Source: Candidatus Bathyarchaeota archaeon (lineage in GTDB: Archaea; Thermoproteota; Bathyarchaeia; Bathyarchaeales; Bathycorpusculaceae). Taken from it: 64,000 bases of DNA. The DNA is taken from positions 352,001-416,000 of the forward strand of contig OY970340.1 of NCBI GenBank assembly GCA_963717465.1, read 5' to 3'. The position numbers and the translations under genes are program-made. The notes beneath the pieces are model-generated. The model was not told the origin of the DNA. It made no database searches and saw only the letters and a list, made by a program, of their open reading frames with translations. Shown here one piece after another: positions 52,482-63,109 of the stretch; within the stretch, counting starts at the first letter, position 1, and the number at the start of each line of letters is the position of its first letter.

Positions 52482-53009
52482 GTGACTGTACAAACAATTA
52501 GAATGGAGCCAAATGAAGCCTTTTTGAAAATTAAAGAAGAACTAACCAAAAGAGGCTGCAAAATAATTTCAGACAACTTGCCTAAACAAATTATTGCTAA
52601 GCAGGGTTCCATTTGGGGATTGTCACCAAAAACTGCCCAAAAAATTGTGACAATAGATTTGGAGAAAGCTGAGTTTGGAACAAAAATAACATGTTCTTCA
52701 AAGTTAGGCAGCAGCTGGAAAAACTTGACAATAATCGGCACAGCCTTATCAATCGTTGTTGTAGGCATTTGCCTGTGGATCGCATACGACTTAAACGTGT
52801 TTTTAGCATCAAGACAGCCTAACTATTGGAGCTGGCTAATATCTGTTGGTGGTGCCGTTTATGTTCAAATAGCACAATCGCTTGTTTCCACGATGGAAAT
52901 CCTTGCCGTTTCACTTTCCAGTATAATCGTTTTCGAAACAATAATCGCTTTGTACGCACAACGGAGAGTTAACCTGTTTGCAGAAGAAATGCTAAGAGAA
53001 TTGAAGTAG
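52482..53009 (+). CDS. Hypothetical 2-TM membrane protein
   Basis: Soluble N-terminal domain plus two hydrophobic helices. Confidence 0.65.
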   Translation: MTVQTIRMEPNEAFLKIKEELTKRGCKIISDNLPKQIIAKQGSIWGLSPKTAQKIVTIDLEKAEFGTKITCSSKLGSSWKNLTIIGTALSIVVVGICLWIAYDLNVFLASRQPNYWSWLISVGGAVYVQIAQSLVSTMEILAVSLSSIIVFETIIALYAQRRVNLFAEEMLRELK

Positions 53010-53152
53010 ATAAATGCCGCTTTAAGGCAGTTTGGTAATCTTGAAACATGGTAGCAATCATAATTCCTCCTGTGGAAACAGTGGAGAACGATAACAAACA
53101 TGGCCCAATCAAAATACTTATCATTAACAGAGCTAACTATCTACAACATTAT

Positions 53153-53231
53153 GCGGTCGTCGTCTAGTCTGGTTTAGGACATTAGCCTTCCAAGCTAATG
53201 ATCCCGGGTTCAAATCCCGGCGACCGCACCA
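53153..53231 (+). tRNA. tRNA-Gly(TCC) with encoded CCA
   Basis: Acceptor GCGGTCG/CGACCGC, anticodon arm TTAGC-CT-TCC-AA-GCTAA, T arm CCGGG-TTCAAAT-CCCGG. Confidence 0.97.
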
Positions 53232-53352
53232 CTTTCTTAAAAAGCTGGATGTTGAATTTAGGAAAGACCACCAATAACCTTGTTTAAGTTAAAAATAGAC
53301 GTGTTTATAGCAACCTATTTACATTTTTTAAATTGTAAAATAAAATCTTCGC

Positions 53353-54012
53353 TCAAATAAGATGGTATAGGCTAATTGATACGGGCGTTGCGAAAGCAAA
53401 GAACGAGATCAAGATATGAGCTATAGCATTCCATCTTACTGATTCTGTTTTGAATGAAACTAGGCCGTAGACTAACCCTAAAGGAAGAGTTAACGCTATA
53501 AAGAACGGAGTTGCGGCTGTCCAGCTGATAAGTGAAGAAGAAACGTGTTGCACACTAAACCATAGTGTGGGATAAAGGAAAGATAGAAAAAGCTGGTTTG
53601 GAAAAGATTTGATGTAGAGACCTCGCCACAAAATTTCTTCGCCAGCCCCTGCTATTATCGAGAGAGGGACAGCGAGAAGAATTACTGGAAGAGGCGTAGT
53701 CTGAAAATTAGGAATATAATACATAAAAACAGAGCCTACAATTGTGCCCATCAATAATATAATCAAGTACCAGTTTTTCTTAGAGAAAAAGGGTGATTTC
53801 TCGCGGAAAATTCCTATAAAACCTTGTTTGCCCAACATAATTGAAGGAATAAGATAACACCAAACCGCCCAGTAAAAGGCAAATCCTATCACGTAACTCC
53901 AATCTTTTTCCAAAAAATAATTTGTTAATAGGAAAACCGTTGCTGTACTGGCAATTAGCAGAATTGGTAGTCCTAAGAGCAGAAATCGGCTTTTTGATTG
54001 TATGTTGGTCAA
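53353..54012 (-). CDS. CPBP/Abi (CAAX protease-like) intramembrane metalloprotease
   Basis: GEEILWRG, FSVQH and NAIAH; multiple TM. Confidence 0.85.
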   Translation of the reverse strand: MTNIQSKSRFLLLGLPILLIASTATVFLLTNYFLEKDWSYVIGFAFYWAVWCYLIPSIMLGKQGFIGIFREKSPFFSKKNWYLIILLMGTIVGSVFMYYIPNFQTTPLPVILLAVPLSIIAGAGEEILWRGLYIKSFPNQLFLSFLYPTLWFSVQHVSSSLISWTAATPFFIALTLPLGLVYGLVSFKTESVRWNAIAHILISFFAFATPVSISLYHLI

Positions 54013-54086
54013 GTCTGTGCAGGCTCCTAAACGCAGAATAAAGCTGTCGAAAAAAGTATTAATATCTTTTCGGAATGGCGGCATGG

Positions 54087-54141
54087 GGACATTAGCCTTC
54101 CAAGCTAATGATCTCGGGTTCAAATCCCGGCTACCACACCA
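54087..54141 (+). repeat. Direct repeat of the tRNA-Gly 3' 55 bp, att-like
   Basis: Matches 53177-53231 with 3 mismatches. Confidence 0.93.
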
Positions 54142-54235
54142 AATCATGCGTCTAACCATTTTTATCCATTTTAGAAACAGCCACGTGCATAAAATTCAGA
54201 AGTATCTTATACATCCTTTAACAGTGCCATATTTG

Positions 54236-55045
54236 ATGTTACTGAAGAAAGTAGTTAGCCCAAACCAGCTCAGCCAGTGCAAGAGATTTCTTGCCAAGGA
54301 TGTTGCAGTCAATGTGCTGATACTTGGCGATTGCTATTCCCCATTGTTACAGGCAAGTACAATATTTTACGCTCAAGAAGGCAATCGAATTCTCGGAGTC
54401 GGCTCGGTTTTCCGCGGTTTTCAAAAACCCAGCATAGCTCTCGGAGAAATGACTACTACAACAAAAAGAGCATTGCTCGAAAAGGCTCTGGAAAAAGTGG
54501 ATGATGTCTTCATTTCAATCTGTCCAAAAGACGAGGTCGAGATAATCAAGGAATACGCAACAGTCTTGACCGTTCACGATGAACACCAAATGGTAACCGA
54601 TTCACCCAAAGCAGTAGATGGCAATATTGAGGTTGCTAGGGTAAGCAAGTCCGAGTTTGAAGAGCTTAACAAATTCTACTTAGAACACCATGCAATAGCT
54701 TGGATACCTCTCCAGTTTAAGGTTGGCCCATACTACTGCATAAAACAGAACAAAAAAATAGTTAGCGCCGCTGGAGTGCATTTGTGTACGCCCAACATAG
54801 CGCACTTGGGAAACATAATCACAGATGAAGCATACCGAAACAGGGGATTCGGCACCGCTTGCACGAGCACTTTAACACATAATCTATGCACGGGAAGAAG
54901 AATCACCAGTCTCTATGTAATGGCTGACAACAAACCTGCAATCCACATGTACGAGAAACTTGGTTTCAAAAAAACACGCGAAATTGCATACGTAACTGCA
55001 CAAAAACGGCCTAACGCGGTCTCAAATCAGATTCTTAGGAAATAA
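54236..55045 (+). CDS. GNAT acetyltransferase, two-domain
   Basis: LGNIITDEAYRNRGFG and DNKPAIHMYEKLGF. Confidence 0.88.
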   Translation: MLLKKVVSPNQLSQCKRFLAKDVAVNVLILGDCYSPLLQASTIFYAQEGNRILGVGSVFRGFQKPSIALGEMTTTTKRALLEKALEKVDDVFISICPKDEVEIIKEYATVLTVHDEHQMVTDSPKAVDGNIEVARVSKSEFEELNKFYLEHHAIAWIPLQFKVGPYYCIKQNKKIVSAAGVHLCTPNIAHLGNIITDEAYRNRGFGTACTSTLTHNLCTGRRITSLYVMADNKPAIHMYEKLGFKKTREIAYVTAQKRPNAVSNQILRK

Positions 55046-55125
55046 ACATGGACAGTTGAAGCGCACATAAAAGATTGCTGAAATAATGAATAGAGAGTGT
55101 TTTGCTTGTTGTCGAAAAGTCGAGT

Positions 55126-55665
55126 TTAACTTGTTAGGAAAAGCTCCATCATGATCCTGTCGGCGTATGTTCCGTTTTCGTATTTTATGTCACATGTTAG
55201 TTTTCCGCATTCTTTAAAGCCGCACTTCTGGTAGACATGCATAGCTCGCTTGTTTGTTGAAAATACGGAGAGCTGAATGATTTCGAAACCGCTTTTTCTG
55301 GCAACTTCTGTAAGTTCTGTTATCAAAATTGTTCCCAGTCCGTTGTTGCGATAATTCTTATGAACGAAAATACCGAATTGTACCACATGTGCTTCTTTAT
55401 TCGCGCCAGGAATAATGCTTGCTCCTCCGGCAACTTTGCCGTCTACTCTCGCTACAAGATAGCGCATTCCTTTTGTATTGCCATCATCTAAATATTTCTC
55501 GGAGTCACTTCTGCCCACGTCTTGGTTCATCAACAAGTATTTATTTTCGTGAATTACGCTGTTTAAAACCTCAACAACTTCATCAATGTCATCTCTGCCG
55601 AACCAACTCAAAGAAGCTGCTTTTCCATTCTTTAAAGCTACATTCTTGTATAGCAAAGAATTCAC
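55126..55665 (-). CDS. GNAT acetyltransferase
   Basis: GIFVHKNYRNNGLG and NKRAMHVYQKCGF. Confidence 0.88.
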   Translation of the reverse strand: MNSLLYKNVALKNGKAASLSWFGRDDIDEVVEVLNSVIHENKYLLMNQDVGRSDSEKYLDDGNTKGMRYLVARVDGKVAGGASIIPGANKEAHVVQFGIFVHKNYRNNGLGTILITELTEVARKSGFEIIQLSVFSTNKRAMHVYQKCGFKECGKLTCDIKYENGTYADRIMMELFLTS

Positions 55666-55740
55666 TGCTCCCTATTTGATATTGACTTACTGATAAAGCA
55701 TCACATTTTTGCTTAACGAAAATGATGAAAGCCGAATCGC

Positions 55741-56211
55741 TTACAGCTTTTGAATGAGATTGCTCTGATTTGGCTTGAATCCCATCGCCTTGTATGCTGC
55801 GATAGCTGCGTCGTTTTGGACATCGACATTGAGATTTACGTATTCTATTTTATGTTCTTTCATCCATTTTAGAGCCTGTTTCATCAATGCTGTAGCGATT
55901 CCGCGGCGACGATACGCTGGAACCACGTACACAGCCATTATATGGCCAATCTTCCGAATCTCCATATGCGGGTAATAATCATTGATGCTGCATGCCAGAA
56001 ACCCGATTATGTCTTCTTCCTGTGCCACCAGTACAAGTCCATCCCCTGAAGTGGACTTTTCGATCCAATCCGTGATGTATGCAGCGCTTAGCTCAGACGC
56101 GTTTTCTCTTAGGCGATACATCGGACTATAAGAAGAATGCTGAATATCCAAGTCGTGGTTAAGTAAAGCTATTTTCTTTGAATCTTCAGAAGTTGCTATT
56201 CTCACGAGCAT
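55741..56211 (-). CDS. GNAT acetyltransferase
   Basis: VYVVPAYRRRGIA and NDAAIAAYKAMGF. Confidence 0.88.
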   Translation of the reverse strand: MLVRIATSEDSKKIALLNHDLDIQHSSYSPMYRLRENASELSAAYITDWIEKSTSGDGLVLVAQEEDIIGFLACSINDYYPHMEIRKIGHIMAVYVVPAYRRRGIATALMKQALKWMKEHKIEYVNLNVDVQNDAAIAAYKAMGFKPNQSNLIQKL

Positions 56212-56291
56212 TTCAAATCAATGTGAGATATAGGCTTATTTTCATTAAAAGCCTTTTAAGCGGAAAGCGCCAAAAAGTCAGTGGTGTTATC

Positions 56292-56900
56292 ATGCGTGCA
56301 CCTAGGACTCTCAACGATGTTAATTCGAGCAAAAGAAAACGATCTGCGAACCCTACAGTCATTACCCAGACTGCGAGACTAGAGTTGCGGGAGTTTCAGA
56401 AAGCTGATTGGGCAGATGTACATGAGTACGCTTCTGATCCGATTGTGACTCGCTTCATGGGTTGGGGACCCAACTCAGAAGAGGAAACAAGCATGTTTAT
56501 CCAGAAATCTATCGCTCAAAAGAATGAGAGACCCCGCATGAATTATTCTCTAGCAGTTGTGACTCGTGAGGGGAATCGACTTATCGGTGGCTGTGGGATA
56601 TACGAGTCAAACGTTAAGAATCGAGAGGGGTGGATTGGCTATTGTTTGAACCACCAGTTATGGGGTCAAGGTTATGCTACTGAAGCAGCGCTTGCACTCG
56701 TAGATTTTGGCTTCACGCATCTCAATTTTCATCGAATATTTGCCACTTGCGACCCAGCGAACACTGCATCGGCGCATGTTATGGAAAAAATTGGAATGCG
56801 ATACGAAGGACACCTCAAAGAAAACATTCAGCACAATGGAGAATGGCTTGATTCACTCTTATACGCAATACTTGACCGAGAATGGAAAACATCGAAGTAA
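56292..56900 (+). CDS. RimJ/RimL-type GNAT acetyltransferase
   Basis: TARLELR, IGY..WGQGYATEAA and NTASAHVMEKIGM. Confidence 0.9.
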   Translation: MRAPRTLNDVNSSKRKRSANPTVITQTARLELREFQKADWADVHEYASDPIVTRFMGWGPNSEEETSMFIQKSIAQKNERPRMNYSLAVVTREGNRLIGGCGIYESNVKNREGWIGYCLNHQLWGQGYATEAALALVDFGFTHLNFHRIFATCDPANTASAHVMEKIGMRYEGHLKENIQHNGEWLDSLLYAILDREWKTSK

Positions 56901-57044
56901 TCTTTTATGCGAGTAAACGCATGCTTTAGCCAAGCTAATCGACGCTAAACTTATTTCTGACATTTATTGCTGCAATCTTTCAAGTCCGGAGCAAGAGGTT
57001 GGCTTTCAAGTTAACAAGAGGATTTGTATTTTGATTTAGCGAGC

Positions 57045-57525
57045 CTATAATTTGCGAACCATATTACATATTATACTGGCTAGGCTTGAATCTCATCGCT
57101 GCCCAAGTTGAGATAGCCCCATCGTTCTGGACTGAGACGCCGATGTCGACATATTGGACGTTATTTTGTTTTAGCCAATTTAAAGCTTCGTTCAGCATTG
57201 CTGAAGCGATTCCTCTTCGAAGATATGCTGAAACCACATACACCTTTATAATATGACCCATCTTCCGAATTTCCCAATTAGGATTACTCCGCTCATCGAT
57301 CTTGCATGTTAGGAACCCAACTATATCCGTGTCTTGAGCGACGAGAACAAGCCACTCTGCTGAATTTGACTTTTCGATTTTATCCTGTAGATAAGCGATG
57401 GCAGCGTCAGATGTGTTTTCCTTAATGTGGTAAAGCGGATGATACGGAGAATGGTACAGATCCAAATCGCGGGCGAGTTGAGTCAATCGTTCGGAGTCTT
57501 AAAGAGTTGCTTTCCTTACAAGCAT
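57045..57525 (-). pseudogene. GNAT pseudogene, paralog of 55741-56211
   Basis: MLVRKATL*DSERL with TAA at codon 9; TAATATG duplication truncates the C-terminus. Confidence 0.82.
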
Positions 57526-57613
57526 TTTTGGTTCATGTTATTTTTGGTTTATTACATAAAAATTTGTGCCGCTTTCTTTAACGGCGCATTTTAACTCCAA
57601 AAAGCAAAGATGA

Positions 57614-57724
57614 CCTTCCAAGCAAATTATCGGGTTCATATTCCTTCGAACATACCATTTATTTTCAAAGGTTGGATGTTGAATTTACAAAGACAGCTAA
57701 AATGGTTTGTTTATGTTGAAAATA
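57614..57724 (+). repeat. Degenerate third copy of the tRNA-Gly 3' half plus its downstream flank
   Basis: ccttccaagc..cgggttca..acca..TGGATGTTGAATTTA..aaagac..ttgttta.gtt.aaaata parallels about 53186-53297. Confidence 0.75.
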
Positions 57725-58093
57725 ACCTTTTTCTAGGCAAAATTTTTCATTATCTTTCTTCTAAATTGATTTAAAATTGTTTAAATCTCTGCATCGTGCA
57801 GGATGTCAGTTCGAACTTCGAAGTAAACTTAAGGATACAGTTATAACAAATGCAGCATAATCACTTTATCATGTCAAGCGCTACTCACTTAACCAACATA
57901 GAACAAAAACAAAAGATAGATCAGAAAATAATGAAACAACTTGCTAAAATAATGGAATCATTGCCAAATATTGAAGATTAACACTAAATCTATTTTTTCA
58001 GCCATAGTTTTTTCGCTAAAAACTCGGCGTAATGTTGCAAAATTCAAAATGTTTGAAAATTTATAAATTGTGCGAGTTGCTTTAAGCTGTCTC

Positions 58094-58498
58094 ATGCATG
58101 AATGGGCGTTAGCTGAAGCAGTCTTAGCGGCGGCAAAACAAACTGCTGAAAAAGAAAAACTCAAAGAAATCACCGCGTTAACCATAAGAATCGGTGAACT
58201 GCAAAATGTTGAGCGAGGCATCCTGCGTTTCGCTTTAAATCAACTTAAGATAGACATTTTAATTTTTAAGAACACGAAATTTCACATCTACAAAGCCAAG
58301 TCATCTCTTAAATGCAAAGTTTGCGGAACAACTTGGCTTTTCAAAAAGGAAAATCTTGCCAAAGAAGCATCAGAAGCTATTCATTTTATTCCAGAAGTTG
58401 CCCACACCTACATTAAATGTCCCAAGTGCGGCAGTCCAGACTTTGAAATCATCAGTGGACGTGGAATTTGGCTTGAAAACGTCAGAGGAGTAAAATAG
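58094..58498 (+). CDS. hypA: Hydrogenase nickel chaperone HypA, Thermococcales type
   Basis: MHEWALA, CKVC and EAIHFIPE...CPKCGSPDFEIISGRG. Confidence 0.93.
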   Translation: MHEWALAEAVLAAAKQTAEKEKLKEITALTIRIGELQNVERGILRFALNQLKIDILIFKNTKFHIYKAKSSLKCKVCGTTWLFKKENLAKEASEAIHFIPEVAHTYIKCPKCGSPDFEIISGRGIWLENVRGVK

Positions 58499-58504
58499 GA
58501 GATC

Positions 58505-59251
58505 ATGATCGACCCGAGAACAAGTGTGATAAGCAAGCGGCTTGCAGGTGTAAACCGGATTATTGCTGTTTCAAGCGGCAAAGGCGGAGTTGGAAAAAGC
58601 ATGGTGGCAACTATACTTGCCTTAACGCTTGCTCGTAAAGGTTGCAAGTTAGGATTATTCGACACAGACTTTACAAGCCCATCAACGCATATTATTCTGG
58701 GTGCCCGTGATATTTCTCCTAAAGAGGAAAAAGGTCTTGTTCCACCCTTAATCGATGGTTTAGAATTCATGTCGCTTGTTTACTTTTCAGGGGATAAGCC
58801 AGCTCCTTTGCGAGGTGCTGATGTCTCGAACGCTTTAATCGAGTTACTCACTATTACTCGATGGGGTGAACTTGATTTTCTCATAATTGACATGCCGCCT
58901 GGAATCGGCGATGCAATCCTGGATCTTTTAAGACTCATAAAGAGAATTGAGTTTTTAATAGTTACAACCCCTTCACTGTTAGCGTTTGAAACCGTCAAAA
59001 AACAAGTAAACTTGATTAGCGAATTGAAAATGCCTATAATCGGAATACTTGAAAACATGAAAATGGACAAAACAGAACATATCAAGCGGGAAACAGAAAA
59101 GTTGGGATTAAAGTTTCTCGGAGAGATACCTTTTGATTCAAAGGTTGAAGCTGCCATTGGCAACCATAACAAACTGCTTGAAACAACCATCGGCAAAAAG
59201 ATCGATCAAGTAGTCACTGAAGCCGTTTTATCTAATTCGGAGAACGATTAG
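58505..59251 (+). CDS. Mrp/MinD-family ATPase, probably ATP-type HypB
   Basis: SGKGGVGKS, IDMPPG and ENM; no CxxC Fe-S motif; directly after hypA. Confidence 0.85.
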   Translation: MIDPRTSVISKRLAGVNRIIAVSSGKGGVGKSMVATILALTLARKGCKLGLFDTDFTSPSTHIILGARDISPKEEKGLVPPLIDGLEFMSLVYFSGDKPAPLRGADVSNALIELLTITRWGELDFLIIDMPPGIGDAILDLLRLIKRIEFLIVTTPSLLAFETVKKQVNLISELKMPIIGILENMKMDKTEHIKRETEKLGLKFLGEIPFDSKVEAAIGNHNKLLETTIGKKIDQVVTEAVLSNSEND

Positions 59252-59253
59252 AA

Positions 59254-59991
59254 ATGCCCAATTGCAAAGCAATAATATTTGATTACATAGGCACTCTGGT
59301 CTGTCCCCGAAATTACGACATGGATGCTTCAAAAGAAAAGCTTTACAAGGCATTAGTTGCCTCAGGGTTCAAAGTTGACAGGGAAAACTTCTTTAAAGCT
59401 TATTCTCAAGCACACGAGAAATACCGAATTGTACGTTACGAGCAGTTTAAGGAAGTAACTAACGCCGTTTGGGTTGCAGAAGCATTAAAAAATCTTGGCT
59501 TCAACGTAACCGAAGATGACTCACGAATAAAAGAAGCCTTAAACGTCTTCTTCAAAGACTTCATAGACACATTAACCCTGAGGCCGAACACTAAAAAACT
59601 AATAAAACACGCCAAACAAAATTTTAAACTGGGATTAATCTCGAATTTTACTTATGCACCGGTAATTTATGCAAGCCTAAAGCAATTAGGCATAAGTGAC
59701 TTTTTCAGCGTGGTTGTGGTTTCACAAGAAAATGGGTGGCGTAAACCAAGCAAACACATTTTCCAAGAAGCCTTAAGCAAACTCAAAGTGAACCCTGAAA
59801 ACGCGGTTTTCGTCGGAGATAGCCCAATTGAAGATATCAAAGGAGCCAAGGATTCAGGGTTGAAAACGGTTTTCATTCCGTCAAAATTTAACTCGTTAAA
59901 AGATCTTGCCGAAAGTAAGCAGCAACCAGATTTTATCTTTAAAAATTTGAAGGATTTTTACGTTGACTTTGCTGGGATTGTCGGCAACTAA
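59254..59991 (+). CDS. HAD-superfamily hydrolase
   Basis: IIFDYIGTL, LISN, RKP and VGDSPIEDIKGA. Confidence 0.9.
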   Translation: MPNCKAIIFDYIGTLVCPRNYDMDASKEKLYKALVASGFKVDRENFFKAYSQAHEKYRIVRYEQFKEVTNAVWVAEALKNLGFNVTEDDSRIKEALNVFFKDFIDTLTLRPNTKKLIKHAKQNFKLGLISNFTYAPVIYASLKQLGISDFFSVVVVSQENGWRKPSKHIFQEALSKLKVNPENAVFVGDSPIEDIKGAKDSGLKTVFIPSKFNSLKDLAESKQQPDFIFKNLKDFYVDFAGIVGN

Positions 59992-60033
59992 GCTTCTCGC
60001 CTTAAACAGGAATAGCAACTGCCAGTGGGAAGC

Positions 60034-60231
60034 CTATTTTTTGTTTTGCTCTTTAGGTTTAGAGCCTATTTCTACGCATAAAATATTAATTTGATAGTTT
60101 TTTCCTCCAGCCATCATTTTTCCTTGGGCATGGTAGCCTTTGCTTCCTGTTTTGAAGTCTTTTTTGCTTAGAAGAAAATTCTGTTTTTCACCATTTAGTT
60201 GGACAGTTACAACGTCAGTTATATCGCTCAT
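60034..60231 (-). CDS. Small basic hypothetical protein
   Basis: 65 aa, FKTGSKGYHAQGK...YQIN...IGSKP. Confidence 0.65.
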   Translation of the reverse strand: MSDITDVVTVQLNGEKQNFLLSKKDFKTGSKGYHAQGKMMAGGKNYQINILCVEIGSKPKEQNKK

Positions 60232-60443
60232 TTAATCGCAAACTCCACAATAATTAATAAGTTGTTCCTTTTCACCTTTTCGCTCTTCAAATTGTGAAGC
60301 CAAATAATGTGAATACATGATCGTCCGCACACATTGTTATATGCAAAATTGAAACACCATAGAATTCCGCATGTACAAATCTGGAATAACGCTTAATGAT
60401 ACCCGACTTGATTTAGAGGAAAAACTGAATCAAACTAATCAGT

Positions 60444-62207
60444 GTGATTAAATTGAACATCTTCGCAGTGCTTACACTATTCGCAAGCATTATCAGCTTA
60501 ACATTAGGCGCAACTATTTGTTTCCTCAAAAAGAAAACATCGTTGAATAGACTATTTGCGTTGGTTTTCCTGGTTAATGCTTACTGGGCGTTTGGCGAAT
60601 TTATGCTTGGACAAGCGAGCACTCTTGGAATGGCAATATTTTGGAGTAAAGTAATTTCTTTTTATCCTTTCTTCATAGCACTTCTATTTCAGTGCATACT
60701 GATTTTTACAGAAAGTAACTTGTTAAAAAGCAAGTGGACATATGTTGTTTTGTATCTTCCACCATTGGTTTTTTCGATTATCAATTTAACAACAAACCTA
60801 ATTGAAACGACACCTGTCCTTGAATCTTGGGGTTACACTTCCACTTTACAATCCAACTCATTACTTGCAATTATTTTTGTGATCTGGGCCGCGACACTTA
60901 TACTTTCATCAGTCTCCTGGTGCACTGCATACTACTATCGCTTGACAGAAACTAACAGAAAATTAGACAGCTAAACTTGTTACTGTAGGCTTAGTTATTA
61001 GCATATTTTTGTCCATTTTATACTAGCCATATTTTTCCAATTTTAAATGTCAATATCCCAGGCCTAACAAATATTTTGATCAGCTTGGCAGGAATCTTTA
61101 TTGCTTTTGCAATTTTCAGGTTGAACATCTACAGCCTGAACCCTGAGATAGCCGCAGATAACATTGTGTCGACTATGCTTGATTCACTTATCCTTGTGGA
61201 TTTAAAGGGAAAAATAATTAATGTTAATCGTGCTTTTTTTGAATTTACTAGGTTTTGAAGAGAATGAGGTAATCGGGAAATCAATAAGAGAGATGAGTAA
61301 AAAGACAAGTAACATTGATGAAAAAACTTTCGAAAACTTGCTTACTAAATTGAAGGCTGAAGGCAAAATTAAGAATTACGAATTTAAATTTTATAAGTCA
61401 GGCGAGGAAACAACAGGTTTGTTATCGAGTTCAATAGTGAAAAACAAGCAAGGTCAAGAAATTGGGATAGCAATTCTTATTCATGATATTACTGAACGGA
61501 AAAAAATGGAGAAAAAGCTTGTTAAGGCTGAAAGATTGGCGTCAATCGGTGAATTAGCGGGCATGATTGGACATGATCTGCGCAACCCTCTAACGGGTAT
61601 TCGAGGCGCAGTGTACTATCTTAAGACAAAACACGCGGCGAAAATGGATGAAAATGACAAAGCAATGTTTGAAACTATAGAGAGAAGCATAGAGTATTCA
61701 AACAAAATTATTAATGACTTGCTTGAATATTCACGCGAAATAAATCTAATGCTTCAGAAAACTACGCCGAAAAATCTTTTGACGAACGCGATTTCTCTTG
61801 TTAAAGTTCCAGAGAAAATTCAGGTTATTGACGAAACGGAAGATAAGCCAATAATGCAAGTTGATATTGCCAGAATGAAACGTGTTTTTACTAGCCTAAT
61901 AAAAAATGCTTTTGATGCAATGCCAAACGGTGGAACACTCACAATAAAAAGCGAAGATGCCAAAGACTGGGTTGACTTCAGTTTCGCAGATACAGGTGCT
62001 GGAATGGATCAAGAAACGCTGCAAAAGATTTGGACCCCGTTATTCACAACCAAAGCAAAGGGCATGGGTTTTGGATTAGCCATCAGCAAACGCATAATTC
62101 TAGCTCACGGCGGAAAAATCACAGCTGAAAGCACTCCAGATAAAGGAACAACTATCACTTTTTCACTTCCAGTGCTAAACTCAAAGCCTGATCAAATTAA
62201 GGAATAA
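60444..62207 (+). CDS. 7TM-PAS sensor histidine kinase with several frameshifts between about 60965 and 61240
   Basis: N-terminal TM region, PAS domain, GHDLRNP H-box and HATPase boxes split over three ORFs. Confidence 0.85.
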
Positions 62208-62246
62208 CTTCTTCTGGCATCAAAGCGAGAAAAAAATTTATAATCT

Positions 62247-63029
62247 TTAGTGTCTAAACTTAGCTACTCTATTCGCTATCAATGTTGCCATTGCTCCAGC
62301 AGCAACTCCAGCGTCGATATTAACAACTGCCAAGCCTAACGAGCATGATTGGAGCATGGCCATTAAAGCGCTTACTCCTTTTTCGCCGAAACCGTAACTG
62401 TTTGATGTTGGAACGCCGATAACTGGCACGTCAACCATTCCAGCTACGACTGAGCAGAGTGCACCTTCCCTTCCAGCAACCACAATTATGACATCAACAT
62501 CTTTTAAGATTAAATCTTTCAATGGTTGAAATAGTCTATGAATTCCTGCGACGCCTAAATCGTAGCAAGTGAAGACTTCGCAGCCCATTTCTTGAGCAAC
62601 TACTTTTGCTTCTTCAGCTACAGGGATATCTGAGGTTCCAGCGGATAGTATTCCGATTTTTCCGCCTGTGAGTTTTGTCTCATAATTTTTCTTTTTCAGA
62701 ATGACCATTCGCGACTTATCGTTAACCTGTAAAACTGAATCTTCAGGCACAGCTCCATTAAGTAGTTGAATGTACTCTGATGCGCACCGGCTGACAATTA
62801 CACGCCCATTTTCTGATAGCATTTTCAAGGCTATATCAACAACAATCTGAGGGGGTTTACCTTCTGCCATAATTATTTCAGGCAAACCATTACGAAACTC
62901 TCTTTTAGAATCAAGTTTCGCCATTTCTTCCAATTCAGTTATAGCTAAAAGACGAATTAGTTTTTCTGCCTCGTCAACTTTTATTTCGTTCTTAGAGGTT
63001 TTTTCAAGAATTTCTTTAAGCGTGAACAT
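62247..63029 (-). CDS. larB: Nickel-pincer cofactor biosynthesis protein LarB
   Basis: PEIIMAEGK, AGTSDIPVAEEA, GVAGIHRL, VPTSNSYG and VVNID. Confidence 0.92.
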   Translation of the reverse strand: MFTLKEILEKTSKNEIKVDEAEKLIRLLAITELEEMAKLDSKREFRNGLPEIIMAEGKPPQIVVDIALKMLSENGRVIVSRCASEYIQLLNGAVPEDSVLQVNDKSRMVILKKKNYETKLTGGKIGILSAGTSDIPVAEEAKVVAQEMGCEVFTCYDLGVAGIHRLFQPLKDLILKDVDVIIVVAGREGALCSVVAGMVDVPVIGVPTSNSYGFGEKGVSALMAMLQSCSLGLAVVNIDAGVAAGAMATLIANRVAKFRH

Positions 63030-63109
63030 TGCAACATTCACTTTCCAAAGAACCACAATTAATATATCGTTTTTTGGTCTTTTTAATGTTAGCAATCGGT
63101 CGGAGTATA

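Noticed and set aside
54002..54235. N-terminal extensions of the GNAT (54002) and CAAX (54159) ORFs
   Set aside because: They read through the tRNA-derived repeat; likely starts are 54236 and 54012
56926..57020. TTAGCCAAGCTAAT and TTGGCTTTCAAGTTAA as further tRNA-Gly anticodon-arm relics
   Set aside because: Too short and gapped to distinguish from chance
57871..57981. 36-aa ORF after a TATA-like element
   Set aside because: No motif and too short to support
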